A stretch of DNA of 64,000 nucleotides from an uncultured Candidatus Saccharibacteria bacterium (GTDB lineage Bacteria; Patescibacteriota; Doudnabacteria; UBA920), in contig CAYVOF010000002.1 in the NCBI GenBank assembly GCA_964453405.1, positions 10,825-74,824 on the forward strand, given 5' to 3'. The notes under the pieces are model-generated. The model saw only the letters and a list, made by a program, of their open reading frames with translations, searched no databases and was not told where the DNA came from. Below are positions 19,882 through 29,376 of the stretch, in pieces. A program made the position numbers and the translations under genes. Each line of letters opens with the position of its first letter. Within the stretch, counting starts at the first letter, position 1.

Positions 19882-21441
19882 TTATTCTACTAATTCTCCA
19901 CCAAATATTTTTAGGGCGTCGGTAACGGCCGTAGCTGTATCAACAATCTGCTCGCCTACTGAATCTTTGTTAATCACTACTCTAAACTCAACATTGCCAC
20001 CAGCTTTTTGACCCAAAAAATTACTAATCAATACACGTAACTTGGCATTTTCTAGATGTTCTTTATGAAATAAATATTTAACCATGACTGTAACCTTATT
20101 ACCAAAAACTTCCTGTAATGGTGAGTTCTTGAGCAATGTTGCTATTGGACTATTTACAGTCTTGACCTCTGCGATCAATTCTGGCCACCACTGCAAAACC
20201 TGTTCTTTGGTCAGCTGTAAATCACTAGCGTTTTCAGTTTCAATTTCTTGATGAACAAAAACCGCTTGTTTTTGAGGAATAGATTGAGGAATGGTTTCTA
20301 CTTCTAATTTAGCCACTGACTGCTCTAAACTACTAGCCCTACCACCAGATTTAAGCGCACTACCATTATCCACTGAAGCTGAATCATTTGGCTTAATATA
20401 CAAAGCCGCTTCGATGCTGGCCATTAACAATGGTAACTCCGCAGTCAAAGCTTTGTCGATTTCTTTATATGCTCGCATGAATAACCTAATCACATACAAA
20501 AGTTGCGCTAAAGTGAAGGATTGGATTAAGTCAGACGCTGAATTTTTATTTCCATTACTCAACGAGGCTTCGAGATGTTCCTGTAAAATTACCAAAGTCT
20601 TACGCGCAAATGAGACTGCGTCAAAGTTGGCCTGAGTCTGAATATCAAAAAATTTACTAAGTTCATGTGTTTGACCATTAGCAATTAAATTTAACAATTC
20701 GATTACCGAGGCACGTGAGGTAGTGCCTAATAATAAGTGAATATCCCCTGCTGTTGCAGAGCTATCCAAGTGTGCAGCCAGAGACAGCTGTGATAACGCA
20801 TCACGTAAACCACCTTCACTATTTTCGACAATGACATCGATAGCTTCTTTAGGTAATTTTAATTTTTCGGTTTTTATAATTTGTTGTAAGGCGGATTTGA
20901 TATGCTCGCCAGTAATTTTACGAAAATCAAATCGTTGCGTACGAGAAATGATTGTGTCAGGAACTTTTTCAATATCAGTAGTTGCTAAAATAAATAACAC
21001 ATGAGAAGGTGGTTCTTCTAAAGTTTTAAGCAAGGCATTAAATGCTGCCTTAGACAACATATGCACTTCGTCAATCACAAAAACTTTAGTGCGACCTTGG
21101 CTTGGCTGAAAACGAATATGTTCGATTAGTTCGCGAATATTTTCTACACCTGTGTGAGATGCGGCATCAATTTCTATTACATCCAAAAATGAGCCATTGG
21201 CAATATTTACACACACGTCGCAAGTACCACATGGATTACCATCTTTAAGATTATTACAATTAGCGGCCTTAGCTAAAATTCTAGCTAAAGTAGTTTTACC
21301 AATGCCTCTACTACCAGTAAATAAATAAGCATGGCCAATTTTCCCACTCGAAACAGCCTGCCTGAGGGTTTTTACAATGGCGTCTTGTCCTAGGACTTCG
21401 CTGAAGTTTTGGGGTCGATAAGTTTGATAAAATACAGCCAT
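19882..21441 (-). CDS. dnaX: DNA polymerase III subunit gamma/tau
   Basis: YRPQNFSEVLGQ start, Walker A GSRGIGKTT, and clamp-loader zinc module CGTCDVC. Confidence 0.9.
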   Translation of the reverse strand: MAVFYQTYRPQNFSEVLGQDAIVKTLRQAVSSGKIGHAYLFTGSRGIGKTTLARILAKAANCNNLKDGNPCGTCDVCVNIANGSFLDVIEIDAASHTGVENIRELIEHIRFQPSQGRTKVFVIDEVHMLSKAAFNALLKTLEEPPSHVLFILATTDIEKVPDTIISRTQRFDFRKITGEHIKSALQQIIKTEKLKLPKEAIDVIVENSEGGLRDALSQLSLAAHLDSSATAGDIHLLLGTTSRASVIELLNLIANGQTHELSKFFDIQTQANFDAVSFARKTLVILQEHLEASLSNGNKNSASDLIQSFTLAQLLYVIRLFMRAYKEIDKALTAELPLLMASIEAALYIKPNDSASVDNGSALKSGGRASSLEQSVAKLEVETIPQSIPQKQAVFVHQEIETENASDLQLTKEQVLQWWPELIAEVKTVNSPIATLLKNSPLQEVFGNKVTVMVKYLFHKEHLENAKLRVLISNFLGQKAGGNVEFRVVINKDSVGEQIVDTATAVTDALKIFGGELVE

Positions 21442-21542
21442 TTTGGTTTGTTTTTAAAGCTCTTTACTCCTTACATTATACCATAAAAAAACTGCCCTTA
21501 ATTAGGTCAGATTTTTAGAGTTTAAGGCCAAATTTTAGCGGG

Positions 21543-22223
21543 TTATTTTTTGAACACAAATAGCTTATAACCCACAAAATTCCATATTAATGATACTAAA
21601 GTGGCCATCATCTTAGCTACATTTTTAATAGTATCAGCGTTAATCATGCTGGTTAAGGATGGGGCTAGCGCTGTAGAGGCACCGACCACAATAGCGCTGT
21701 TAATTAACAATCCAACTAAACTGATTAATATAAAAATTCCAAATTGGTGTCCCACACCCACATTTGTCCCCTCTCCTACAGATAAACCAAAACCAAACCA
21801 AATAATTATTTCAAAAACAATAAAGGCTATTAAGATAAATAAGTAATAAGTATCGGCTACGCTGTACAAACCACCAACAAATACCAAAACAAAGCTACCA
21901 AAGCCCAATCCACCCACCACGATTAATCTCCACAAATTGGCTAATGGAGCGGCGTTGGTTGATGCAAATGTCCAAGCACGATTCCAAAGGTAACTCTGAA
22001 CCATCGCCATCCCAAAACTTATTACATTTAGCAAACCTAACTCTATACCAGAGGTAACTCCAAACGACTTAGTCACATAATTCAAAATGATAAAATCTAG
22101 CGCAGTGTTTAGAGAGCCAATTGCAGCAAATTTAAGCAATTGTAAAATAATTGGCTTAGCTGCTAAAAGCTGAGTTAACTTTTGGTTGAGTGTTTGGGGT
22201 TGTGCTTGTGAAGATGTGTCCAT
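21543..22223 (-). CDS. GtrA-family polytopic membrane protein
   Basis: GtrA-like N-terminal helix pair followed by multiple TM segments. Confidence 0.5.
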   Translation of the reverse strand: MDTSSQAQPQTLNQKLTQLLAAKPIILQLLKFAAIGSLNTALDFIILNYVTKSFGVTSGIELGLLNVISFGMAMVQSYLWNRAWTFASTNAAPLANLWRLIVVGGLGFGSFVLVFVGGLYSVADTYYLFILIAFIVFEIIIWFGFGLSVGEGTNVGVGHQFGIFILISLVGLLINSAIVVGASTALAPSLTSMINADTIKNVAKMMATLVSLIWNFVGYKLFVFKK

Positions 22224-22241
22224 AAATATAGACTTATAAAA

Positions 22242-22883
22242 TTAAAATTGTTCGGGTTCCGAGATATCAGCTTCCATATCTTCGTCTTTAGATTCAGAGT
22301 TGGTCATGCCACCATTAAATTCCCCGTCCTGACCGCCTTCACTGCCACCTAAGTGCTTGATAACATTTTCTACCGCAGCCCATTGAGTATCACCTTCACT
22401 TGGAACGACAATAGTAACTTCATCACCACCTTGAGCTTTAAAGTAAGTCAAAGAAGCTAATAGCACGCGGTAAGTTTTACCATCGGCAATAACCTTGTAG
22501 TCGCCGTTTTCATCTTGCATCAAAATACCGATAATCTTGCGACGCTCTACTGGACCAATTTGTTTGTATATAAAGGAGCCATCGTCCGCAATAGTAAGTT
22601 TGAGTACATCGCCTTCAACAAGTTTAGATTTAGAAGCATAGTTAGCCGGAACTGGATATTGCTTACTGTCGGGGCCAATCATGTTTTGACCATCAAAAAC
22701 ACCTTCAATTATCTTACCGCCTTGACTAACATCAAGACCGCTAGCTTTTTCGGCAAAGTTAGTTGAAGATTTTGGGATAGTTCCGCCGGCCATTTCGCGC
22801 AATAAATGCTTGGCGGATTGAATATTTTTTTCGGCTGCTTCGATCATTTGCACGATCAAAGCAAAATTACCAGAGTTGTCCAT
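22242..22883 (-). CDS. Hypothetical protein (213 aa) with an acidic C-terminus
   Basis: ORF with good spacing and no recognisable motif. Confidence 0.45.
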   Translation of the reverse strand: MDNSGNFALIVQMIEAAEKNIQSAKHLLREMAGGTIPKSSTNFAEKASGLDVSQGGKIIEGVFDGQNMIGPDSKQYPVPANYASKSKLVEGDVLKLTIADDGSFIYKQIGPVERRKIIGILMQDENGDYKVIADGKTYRVLLASLTYFKAQGGDEVTIVVPSEGDTQWAAVENVIKHLGGSEGGQDGEFNGGMTNSESKDEDMEADISEPEQF

Positions 22884-22983
22884 TTGTGTTTATTTTTCTT
22901 TTGGATTTTTGAGTTTTATTTCAAATTCAGAAACAGAATTTCTAACAAAACTATAACACCTCAAAACAAATAAAGCAAATTAT

Positions 22984-23304
22984 TTAGTCTTTACGGTCGA
23001 TAATTTCTTTTGAGGCTTTAATATGAATGATTTCGTTGTTGATAGCTTCTTCAATTTGAACATTAATAGCCGGGATCTTAGCGACCAACATCGAGATTCC
23101 TTCGTCCATTTTTTCGGGATCATCTAAATCAACCAGCTCTTGAAACTCTTTTAGCTGTTCATCATTAAGATTATTAATAACCACGCCAATAACGAGCTTG
23201 TTAAAATGGTCAGTAAGCTGAGCCATAACGGCATAACGATCATCCTCTGGGAGATCATTTACGCCAATCTCAGTTAGAACTTTTTGAATTATATCTTGGA
23301 TCAT
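22984..23304 (-). CDS. Small acidic protein (106 aa), start overlapping the stop of the giant upstream gene (ATGA)
   Basis: 4-nt overlap implying translational coupling. Acidic composition as seen in chaperone or immunity proteins. Confidence 0.45.
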   Translation of the reverse strand: MIQDIIQKVLTEIGVNDLPEDDRYAVMAQLTDHFNKLVIGVVINNLNDEQLKEFQELVDLDDPEKMDEGISMLVAKIPAINVQIEEAINNEIIHIKASKEIIDRKD

Positions 23305-26300
23305 TTTTTAACTCTCCTTTTTTCTCTTCGATAAGCACCTGCATCCTTTTCAAACTGTGCATACTTATTGCGAAGTTCATTGGCAATATTGATATTTACC
23401 TCGCCACCTTTGTTAAGTGCGTCAGCGATCTCCTCTAGAGTGTCTGATTTAACATATTTTATGAATTCTTCATCATCGGTTTCTGGTATGGTTTTTTGTA
23501 ACCCTGAATCTAAAATTGACTTAGCCTGATCTACAATCCAATCGTTTTTGTGCGCTTCAAAATACTTCTTAAATTTCTTTGACTCCGAATCCGAAACCTT
23601 GGCAGGTGTCTTTTGCTTAGCTTTCTCTAACCACTCCTCTAACTCGGGTGATTCTGCATACGGGAAGATCTCTGATACAACTTTATTTGCAAATCGTTCT
23701 GCAGTTGCATCTACAGCTCTCTGCTGTTCAGATTGCTGCTGAGGATATCTTCGATCATAACGATCAATAACCTTCTGGTCAGTATCTAACCAACGATTTG
23801 GGTTTGTTTGTCGAATCCCTGCTCGAAGCTGACCATTAATGTATTTCTCATCTAGCCTGCTAAGGTCTATTGTCATTTTACCCGGCTGAGTTTTAAAACG
23901 ATCAGAAAATTCTATTTTAATATTAGTTGGGAATCCCTTGTTAAAATTATTCTCAATAAGATCCCGGACTATTCTATTAGCTTCTAAACGATGCTGTAAC
24001 GGGAACTTTGAAAATGCCTCACTATGAGAAATGTTGTTGTTCACTTCCCATAAATCTTTGGTCTCTGGGTCTACTTGTGGAATTTCTACAGGCTTTGCAC
24101 CACGAGCTTTATCCCACGGCTTAAACTTTTCCCCTAAATTTTCCATTAATTGTTTAAAATCAGCATTAGACCAACCTTTAAATGCTGTAGCTCTGTGAGT
24201 ATCATCGCCACCGTTAGCGTAATTATTATATTTTTGAATTAACCCTTTATAAAACTTAGGGTTATCGGCTTTAATATCTTCCAATTCATCAAACTTGTTG
24301 TTAAATGTTCTTTGAGAAATATCCAATTTTAGAGCAGGTACTGATTCTCCTTCTAACTTATCAAGTAATAACTTAAAATCTGAATCTGTCCAATTTTCAA
24401 ATCCGTCCCGAAATCCATCAGATCCCCCATTAGCAAAAGATTTTAGTCTGGTAACTTGATCTTCATACCACCCTGGGTTTTCCAATTTATCCACTCTTAA
24501 CCCACGAAGTTTTCTATCAAAATATTTCGGGGTTTTAACTGTTTCTTTGTTAACTTCAAGAGGAGTTTCTTCATCGAGTTTAAGTGGATCAACTTCTAAT
24601 TTTGGGGCTTCGGTAGAACCAGATTTACGATTTTCATACTCAGACAATAATTTTTTGTATGCTCGATACTGATTAGTTGGGCTTAATTTGTTAAATCGCT
24701 TTTGTTCACCCTTTTTAAACTTAAATTTATGTTCTGTTTTTAACAAATCATAAGCTTCTTTAACTTTTGATTCTAGCATCCAATCACCAATTGCATAAAA
24801 GTTTTCCCTACTGTATGGCTTATTATTTAGCGGGATACCAACATAAAACTTCTTTTTTGAATAATTCAAATCAACTTTACTACCTCGTGGGTAAAAATCT
24901 AAAGTAACTTCGTTATTGATGTCAGATTCTTTTAACGCTGTTAAAGATTGCATGAAAAGATCGGCCAATTGGTCAATTTTTGCTTTTTGTTCTTTAGTAA
25001 TTTTATTTTGTGGCCAACGAACAACTTTTACATTTTTAAAACCAGCTTTTTTAAACCGTTCATCTATAGAATTTGGTGTAATCTCATTTTTATTACCCTC
25101 CTTAGCCTCAGTCTGGGATTCAACTTCTAGTTCTGGTGGTAGTTCTGCTTCTTTTGATGGTTCTTCCATATCAGATATCGTAGCTTCACCTAATTCTTGT
25201 AATAACCTGCTAAAATCATTATCAGTCCAGTCTTTAAACGACATCTCGCGATAATTACTAGATTTACCATTAGAAAAATCACCTAATAAACGAATTAACT
25301 CTTGGTATCTTTTATTGTCGTATTCTCTGTAGTTTTTAAATGCTTTAAGTTTACTATCAAATTCTTCTTTGGATATAGGTGTTTCAGCCTTTTCGGCTAC
25401 TTTTGGATTCTCTAGTTTTTCTAGTAATCGTTTAAAATCGCTGTCAGTCCAGTTTTTAAATTTATTTTTTCTGAAAGTATTTTCTTTACCCAAAGCAAAC
25501 TTTTTTAAATAAATACCTGCGGTTTTTTTGTAACGCTCTGGCTGATCCTCCTTCATCTTACTTAACTCTTCATACTTATCATTAAACTCCTGCTCAGAAA
25601 TTCCGGATTCCTGCTTGGCTTCTTTTGCATCCTGATTGTCAAAAGGAGAACCTTCTGGTTTAGGAATCGGGGTTTCTTCTACCTTATTATTATGCGGACT
25701 CGGCGGTGCTCCAATCGGGAATTTTTCATTATTATTACGCTTTGTAGCTTTTGAAGGCCAGCCTGGGAATTTAGCATAATCTGAACCAGCCTGCTCATCA
25801 GGAACCACTTGTGCATTCTGTTTAATATACTCAAGGTGTGTGCGAGCTTCTTGACGTTTTTGTAATGCTAAGGACTCTAACAATGAGGTTGCTAATAATA
25901 CCGAATTCATAGTAGCAAAATCAGTCGCAGTCATAATCAATGGACCTGGTTGGCTGATAATTTCTTTAACGACTGCACCTGCTTGATCTGGAGTAAAGTT
26001 CATCATTGCCTGACGAGTTGCTTCGGACAAAAAGTGTGGTTTATGACCAATGAGATGATGAATATTTTCTAACCCACCCTGAGTAAGAGGACCGTTTCCC
26101 ACGCCAATTACATTTGCTTTCTCCAACGCGGTTGCTAACTGATCAGTGCTCCAAGTGATCTCATGAACATTGGCACTAATTCCATGATGGAGTGCTTCTT
26201 TTGCTAGAGTGTCTTCAGCAAAAACTAACTGCTCTACAGTTACACCACCGGCAAAATTGGGATCAATACCTCGTTGTTCAGTTATAAAGTTATGTAGAGC

Positions 26301-27623
26301 ATCACGTGCACCACCAGTTATACCACGATGGTCTAGGTGTTGCGTAAATACGTCATGAACATTAGGTTTAACTTCTGCAGCTGTCGTAACCGTAGCCGCT
26401 CCATGTCCAATAAATTCCGAGGCAATAGCACCAACTCCGGCCGCCAAACCTGAACCCAATAATCCAAACAAAGCACCTTTACCAGCAGCTCTAGCAACAG
26501 TTCCCCACTTGCCTTTAATACCTCTTAGTCTGTGTTTTGAATAATTCTTATCTAAACTCTTTTCTATATTCTTAATCATCTCCTTGGCTTCTTTGCTACG
26601 GTTAGTACCTTCGAGTCCGTTTCGTTCGCCTTGAGATAATTTTAAAATGTATTCGATTTTGTCACGTTCACCCATATTGGCAAACTTGCCATCTTTTTTA
26701 TCAAGCTCGGTCTGCATTTCGGCTCGAGCCTGATACAGACTTACTAAAATTTGTTGATATTCCTCAGGTGAGGCATCAAATTTTTGTTTAGCCCAAAGGT
26801 CTTCGAGCTTGCCAAGCATGGCAGCTTTTTCAAGATAGCTAGAATTATGAAAACGATCCATGATTTCTCGTGGATTATAAATTTTAGATTCGCGCCAAGC
26901 AGCCTTAAAACCTTCGATACCTGCACCCGCTGCAGCACCTGCACCTAATAGAACAGGAATACTAGCACCAAACGCAGCGATTGCTCCAAGTTTTACAGCA
27001 ACTCTAGCACCTGTTCCTACTACTACACCACCAAGAAATGAACCCCACTTAACATTTTTTATTGTATCTTTAGCCTGAACAAGTACGGCTGTCCTTGCTT
27101 CTTCGGAGGTATTAAGTGTGTTAAAAGTATTCCGAACATTATTTAAAAAGCTTTTTTTACCCTGGGGAGAAGTTAAAGCATTCAATACCTGGTCACCTTG
27201 TTCTTTAGATATGGTCTGATTGTCAACTAAGAACTTTATCTGTTTTTCGGGATTTTCTGTAAGTTCTTTTGCCGCGTCCTCTACGCCTTTTTCTACCTCA
27301 GCTTTGGCTTTTTCAAGTTCTTTTTGGCGCTCCGGATCTGGATTCTGCTCTTGTCTTACAACTCCCTTAATAAGCTCCTCAGTAGTTATAGGATCCGGCT
27401 CATTTTTGTCTTTACCACCTTCTTTGCTTGACTTTCGAGCCTTTTCTTTTCTTTTTCCTTCCCTAAACTGATCTCTTACTTCACGATCAGCTTCATTACG
27501 AAGATCCGCCTGTTCATTTTCGTATTCCATATCACGATTAACAGGGCCTTTATACTTGCCGGTAGTTTCCGGATTATTTTTTAATGCTGCAGCTAGGTCA
27601 AAATTTGACTCGCCTTTTCCCAT
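23301..27623 (-). CDS. Giant protein (1440 aa) with two glycine-zipper TM segments and four C-terminal ~62-aa repeats
   Basis: Charged N-terminus; Gly-rich hydrophobic segments at aa 196-236 and 382-410 (nt 26916-27038 and 26394-26480); repeats at aa 676-1165 (nt 24129-25598) containing the recurring motif FKNWTDSDFKRLLEKL. Confidence 0.6.
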   Translation of the reverse strand: MGKGESNFDLAAALKNNPETTGKYKGPVNRDMEYENEQADLRNEADREVRDQFREGKRKEKARKSSKEGGKDKNEPDPITTEELIKGVVRQEQNPDPERQKELEKAKAEVEKGVEDAAKELTENPEKQIKFLVDNQTISKEQGDQVLNALTSPQGKKSFLNNVRNTFNTLNTSEEARTAVLVQAKDTIKNVKWGSFLGGVVVGTGARVAVKLGAIAAFGASIPVLLGAGAAAGAGIEGFKAAWRESKIYNPREIMDRFHNSSYLEKAAMLGKLEDLWAKQKFDASPEEYQQILVSLYQARAEMQTELDKKDGKFANMGERDKIEYILKLSQGERNGLEGTNRSKEAKEMIKNIEKSLDKNYSKHRLRGIKGKWGTVARAAGKGALFGLLGSGLAAGVGAIASEFIGHGAATVTTAAEVKPNVHDVFTQHLDHRGITGGARDALHNFITEQRGIDPNFAGGVTVEQLVFAEDTLAKEALHHGISANVHEITWSTDQLATALEKANVIGVGNGPLTQGGLENIHHLIGHKPHFLSEATRQAMMNFTPDQAGAVVKEIISQPGPLIMTATDFATMNSVLLATSLLESLALQKRQEARTHLEYIKQNAQVVPDEQAGSDYAKFPGWPSKATKRNNNEKFPIGAPPSPHNNKVEETPIPKPEGSPFDNQDAKEAKQESGISEQEFNDKYEELSKMKEDQPERYKKTAGIYLKKFALGKENTFRKNKFKNWTDSDFKRLLEKLENPKVAEKAETPISKEEFDSKLKAFKNYREYDNKRYQELIRLLGDFSNGKSSNYREMSFKDWTDNDFSRLLQELGEATISDMEEPSKEAELPPELEVESQTEAKEGNKNEITPNSIDERFKKAGFKNVKVVRWPQNKITKEQKAKIDQLADLFMQSLTALKESDINNEVTLDFYPRGSKVDLNYSKKKFYVGIPLNNKPYSRENFYAIGDWMLESKVKEAYDLLKTEHKFKFKKGEQKRFNKLSPTNQYRAYKKLLSEYENRKSGSTEAPKLEVDPLKLDEETPLEVNKETVKTPKYFDRKLRGLRVDKLENPGWYEDQVTRLKSFANGGSDGFRDGFENWTDSDFKLLLDKLEGESVPALKLDISQRTFNNKFDELEDIKADNPKFYKGLIQKYNNYANGGDDTHRATAFKGWSNADFKQLMENLGEKFKPWDKARGAKPVEIPQVDPETKDLWEVNNNISHSEAFSKFPLQHRLEANRIVRDLIENNFNKGFPTNIKIEFSDRFKTQPGKMTIDLSRLDEKYINGQLRAGIRQTNPNRWLDTDQKVIDRYDRRYPQQQSEQQRAVDATAERFANKVVSEIFPYAESPELEEWLEKAKQKTPAKVSDSESKKFKKYFEAHKNDWIVDQAKSILDSGLQKTIPETDDEEFIKYVKSDTLEEIADALNKGGEVNINIANELRNKYAQFEKDAGAYRREKRRVKK

Positions 27624-27757
27624 GTTTTTGTTTCAAAAGTTGATAAAATTCTTATAAACATTATACCACAATTATAAAGGAAATAAAAAAAACAGGACTA
27701 AGATATACTTAGCCCCGTTGCGAAAAGAAACTCGCCAGGTTGATCCGTTAGGATCGG

Positions 27758-28561
27758 TTACTGTCGTTGATCGTTTCGAGTTCCAAGGTCTCTATCCCAA
27801 ACTGAGAGATTAATCTCTTGATGATAGTTTGTACGACCTTCTCCTACGGCTGGCAACTGCGTCTGTCCACCGTAATTACTACCTCTGACCGGCATCAGTA
27901 GAGCAACGACGTTATTATTGTTTCCGCCATTACCCAGTGGTTGGTAACCATTGCGGTTGCCGTAACCGAGGTTGTTCTGGTAAAAATCTCCTTCAAACCT
28001 TCGGTAGTCCCGACTCAGAATGTTGAGATTACGATGACCAATATATCCCCCAAGCCACAATAGAAACAAAGATGCGACAAGGAAAAATAAAAACGTGTAC
28101 ATCGGCCAGCCCGTTAAAAATTCAAGATTACCAAGCCTTCTTTTGACATCTGTGATATCAGCGGTGTGACCATTGATGATCTCGGCGTGTTGGGTAATTA
28201 ACTCACCCTGCGCATTCTGAGTATTTTCGATGGTAACGATCTTGCCATCCTGAATCCCATTGGCCAATCTCGCTTCCTTGTCGACACCATTCATATAGTA
28301 GCGTTTGTTAACCACTCGATTGACGACAACGTTACGTGACGAACCGCCGCGATTGTAAGAACCCTGCGGGATCGGTAGAACCGGAACTCGTCCTGCCGGA
28401 GCCGAAGCTGTTGGCGGCGGAGTTGCCGTGCTCGAAGCGTTGTTCGAAGTGTTAAACGGTTGAACGCGCTGCGGTCTCTGATCGAGTTGAGCGGAAGCCG
28501 ACATTGCGAAAGCGAAAAAAGAAAGAACGAAAATAGAAACAAGCGATGTTATTCTTTTCAT
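27758..28561 (-). CDS. Secreted or single-pass membrane protein (267 aa)
   Basis: N-terminal signal peptide, a Pro/Thr-rich linker, an internal TM (WPMYTFLFFLVASLFLLWLGG) and an Asn/Gly-rich C-terminus. Confidence 0.5.
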   Translation of the reverse strand: MKRITSLVSIFVLSFFAFAMSASAQLDQRPQRVQPFNTSNNASSTATPPPTASAPAGRVPVLPIPQGSYNRGGSSRNVVVNRVVNKRYYMNGVDKEARLANGIQDGKIVTIENTQNAQGELITQHAEIINGHTADITDVKRRLGNLEFLTGWPMYTFLFFLVASLFLLWLGGYIGHRNLNILSRDYRRFEGDFYQNNLGYGNRNGYQPLGNGGNNNNVVALLMPVRGSNYGGQTQLPAVGEGRTNYHQEINLSVWDRDLGTRNDQRQ

Positions 28562-28829
28562 AGTATTTTATATGGCCCTCCTTAGGCCTTGTGAAAACAA
28601 ATTTAGGTCTTGCGGACCGTTTTTTACAACGGTCACACGTGTGCATGACCTGTAGAAAACCACATTTTTATAGTATTTATGGACTTCTAGAGGAAATTCA
28701 CAATATTCAGTTTGACCCTGTAGTATACACTATTTTTTGCTTTTTGTCAATACCTATGACAAAACCAATAAAAAAAGAGTAAAAATGAAGAATTTCTTCA
28801 CCTTTACTCTTAAAATCAATACACAATTG

Positions 28830-29279
28830 TTAAATTACTAATTTAGCCTCAGAAACGGTGGAACCTTTGGCTTTCTGTGCCTCCCAGTAGTCAATAGTAG
28901 CCTCATCATAGGCTTGTTCAAGCCATGGAGCCACAACCCAGCCTACTAGAGCTAAAGCTTGAATTAAACCTGTCCACTGCTCTAAACCAAATGGAAAGCC
29001 GAATTTACCAACAAGACAAAGCATGTTGACTATAGTTAAAATGATACCTGTCATCATCAGTGTCAACCAAAGATACCGTGTCCATTTAATAAATTCTGCC
29101 AGAGTCGGATATTTGTATGCCAACATAACCGAAATAGCCGATCCAACTGTGAGAGTGAGCAACATAAAATTCATTGGCTTTGATGTAGGCATTCGCACCA
29201 CATACATCAACCCAACAACCATCAACGCCGATACAATAAAAAACAAAATTGTATTTTCAGTATTTGTTCTTCTGTTCAT
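28830..29279 (-). CDS. Small polytopic membrane protein (about 4 TM)
   Basis: SD (AGGAGG) 6 nt upstream of the ATG; the track start is a TTG 3 nt earlier. Confidence 0.5.
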   Translation of the reverse strand: MNRRTNTENTILFFIVSALMVVGLMYVVRMPTSKPMNFMLLTLTVGSAISVMLAYKYPTLAEFIKWTRYLWLTLMMTGIILTIVNMLCLVGKFGFPFGLEQWTGLIQALALVGWVVAPWLEQAYDEATIDYWEAQKAKGSTVSEAKLVI

Positions 29280-29376
29280 CAATTTCCTCCTAAATTATTT
29301 GAACCTAAAAAAATTTCAATTAAACGTTAAAAACTTCTTGGAAAAGAATATCACAGAAAACTGGTTTTGGCAAGAC

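Noticed and set aside
27220-28646. Ser-rich + ORF 27220-27471 and minus-strand ORFs 28291-28542 and 28452-28646
   Set aside because: They are alternative frames inside or overlapping the giant gene and the 267-aa secreted-protein gene. They are compositionally biased with no independent start signals.
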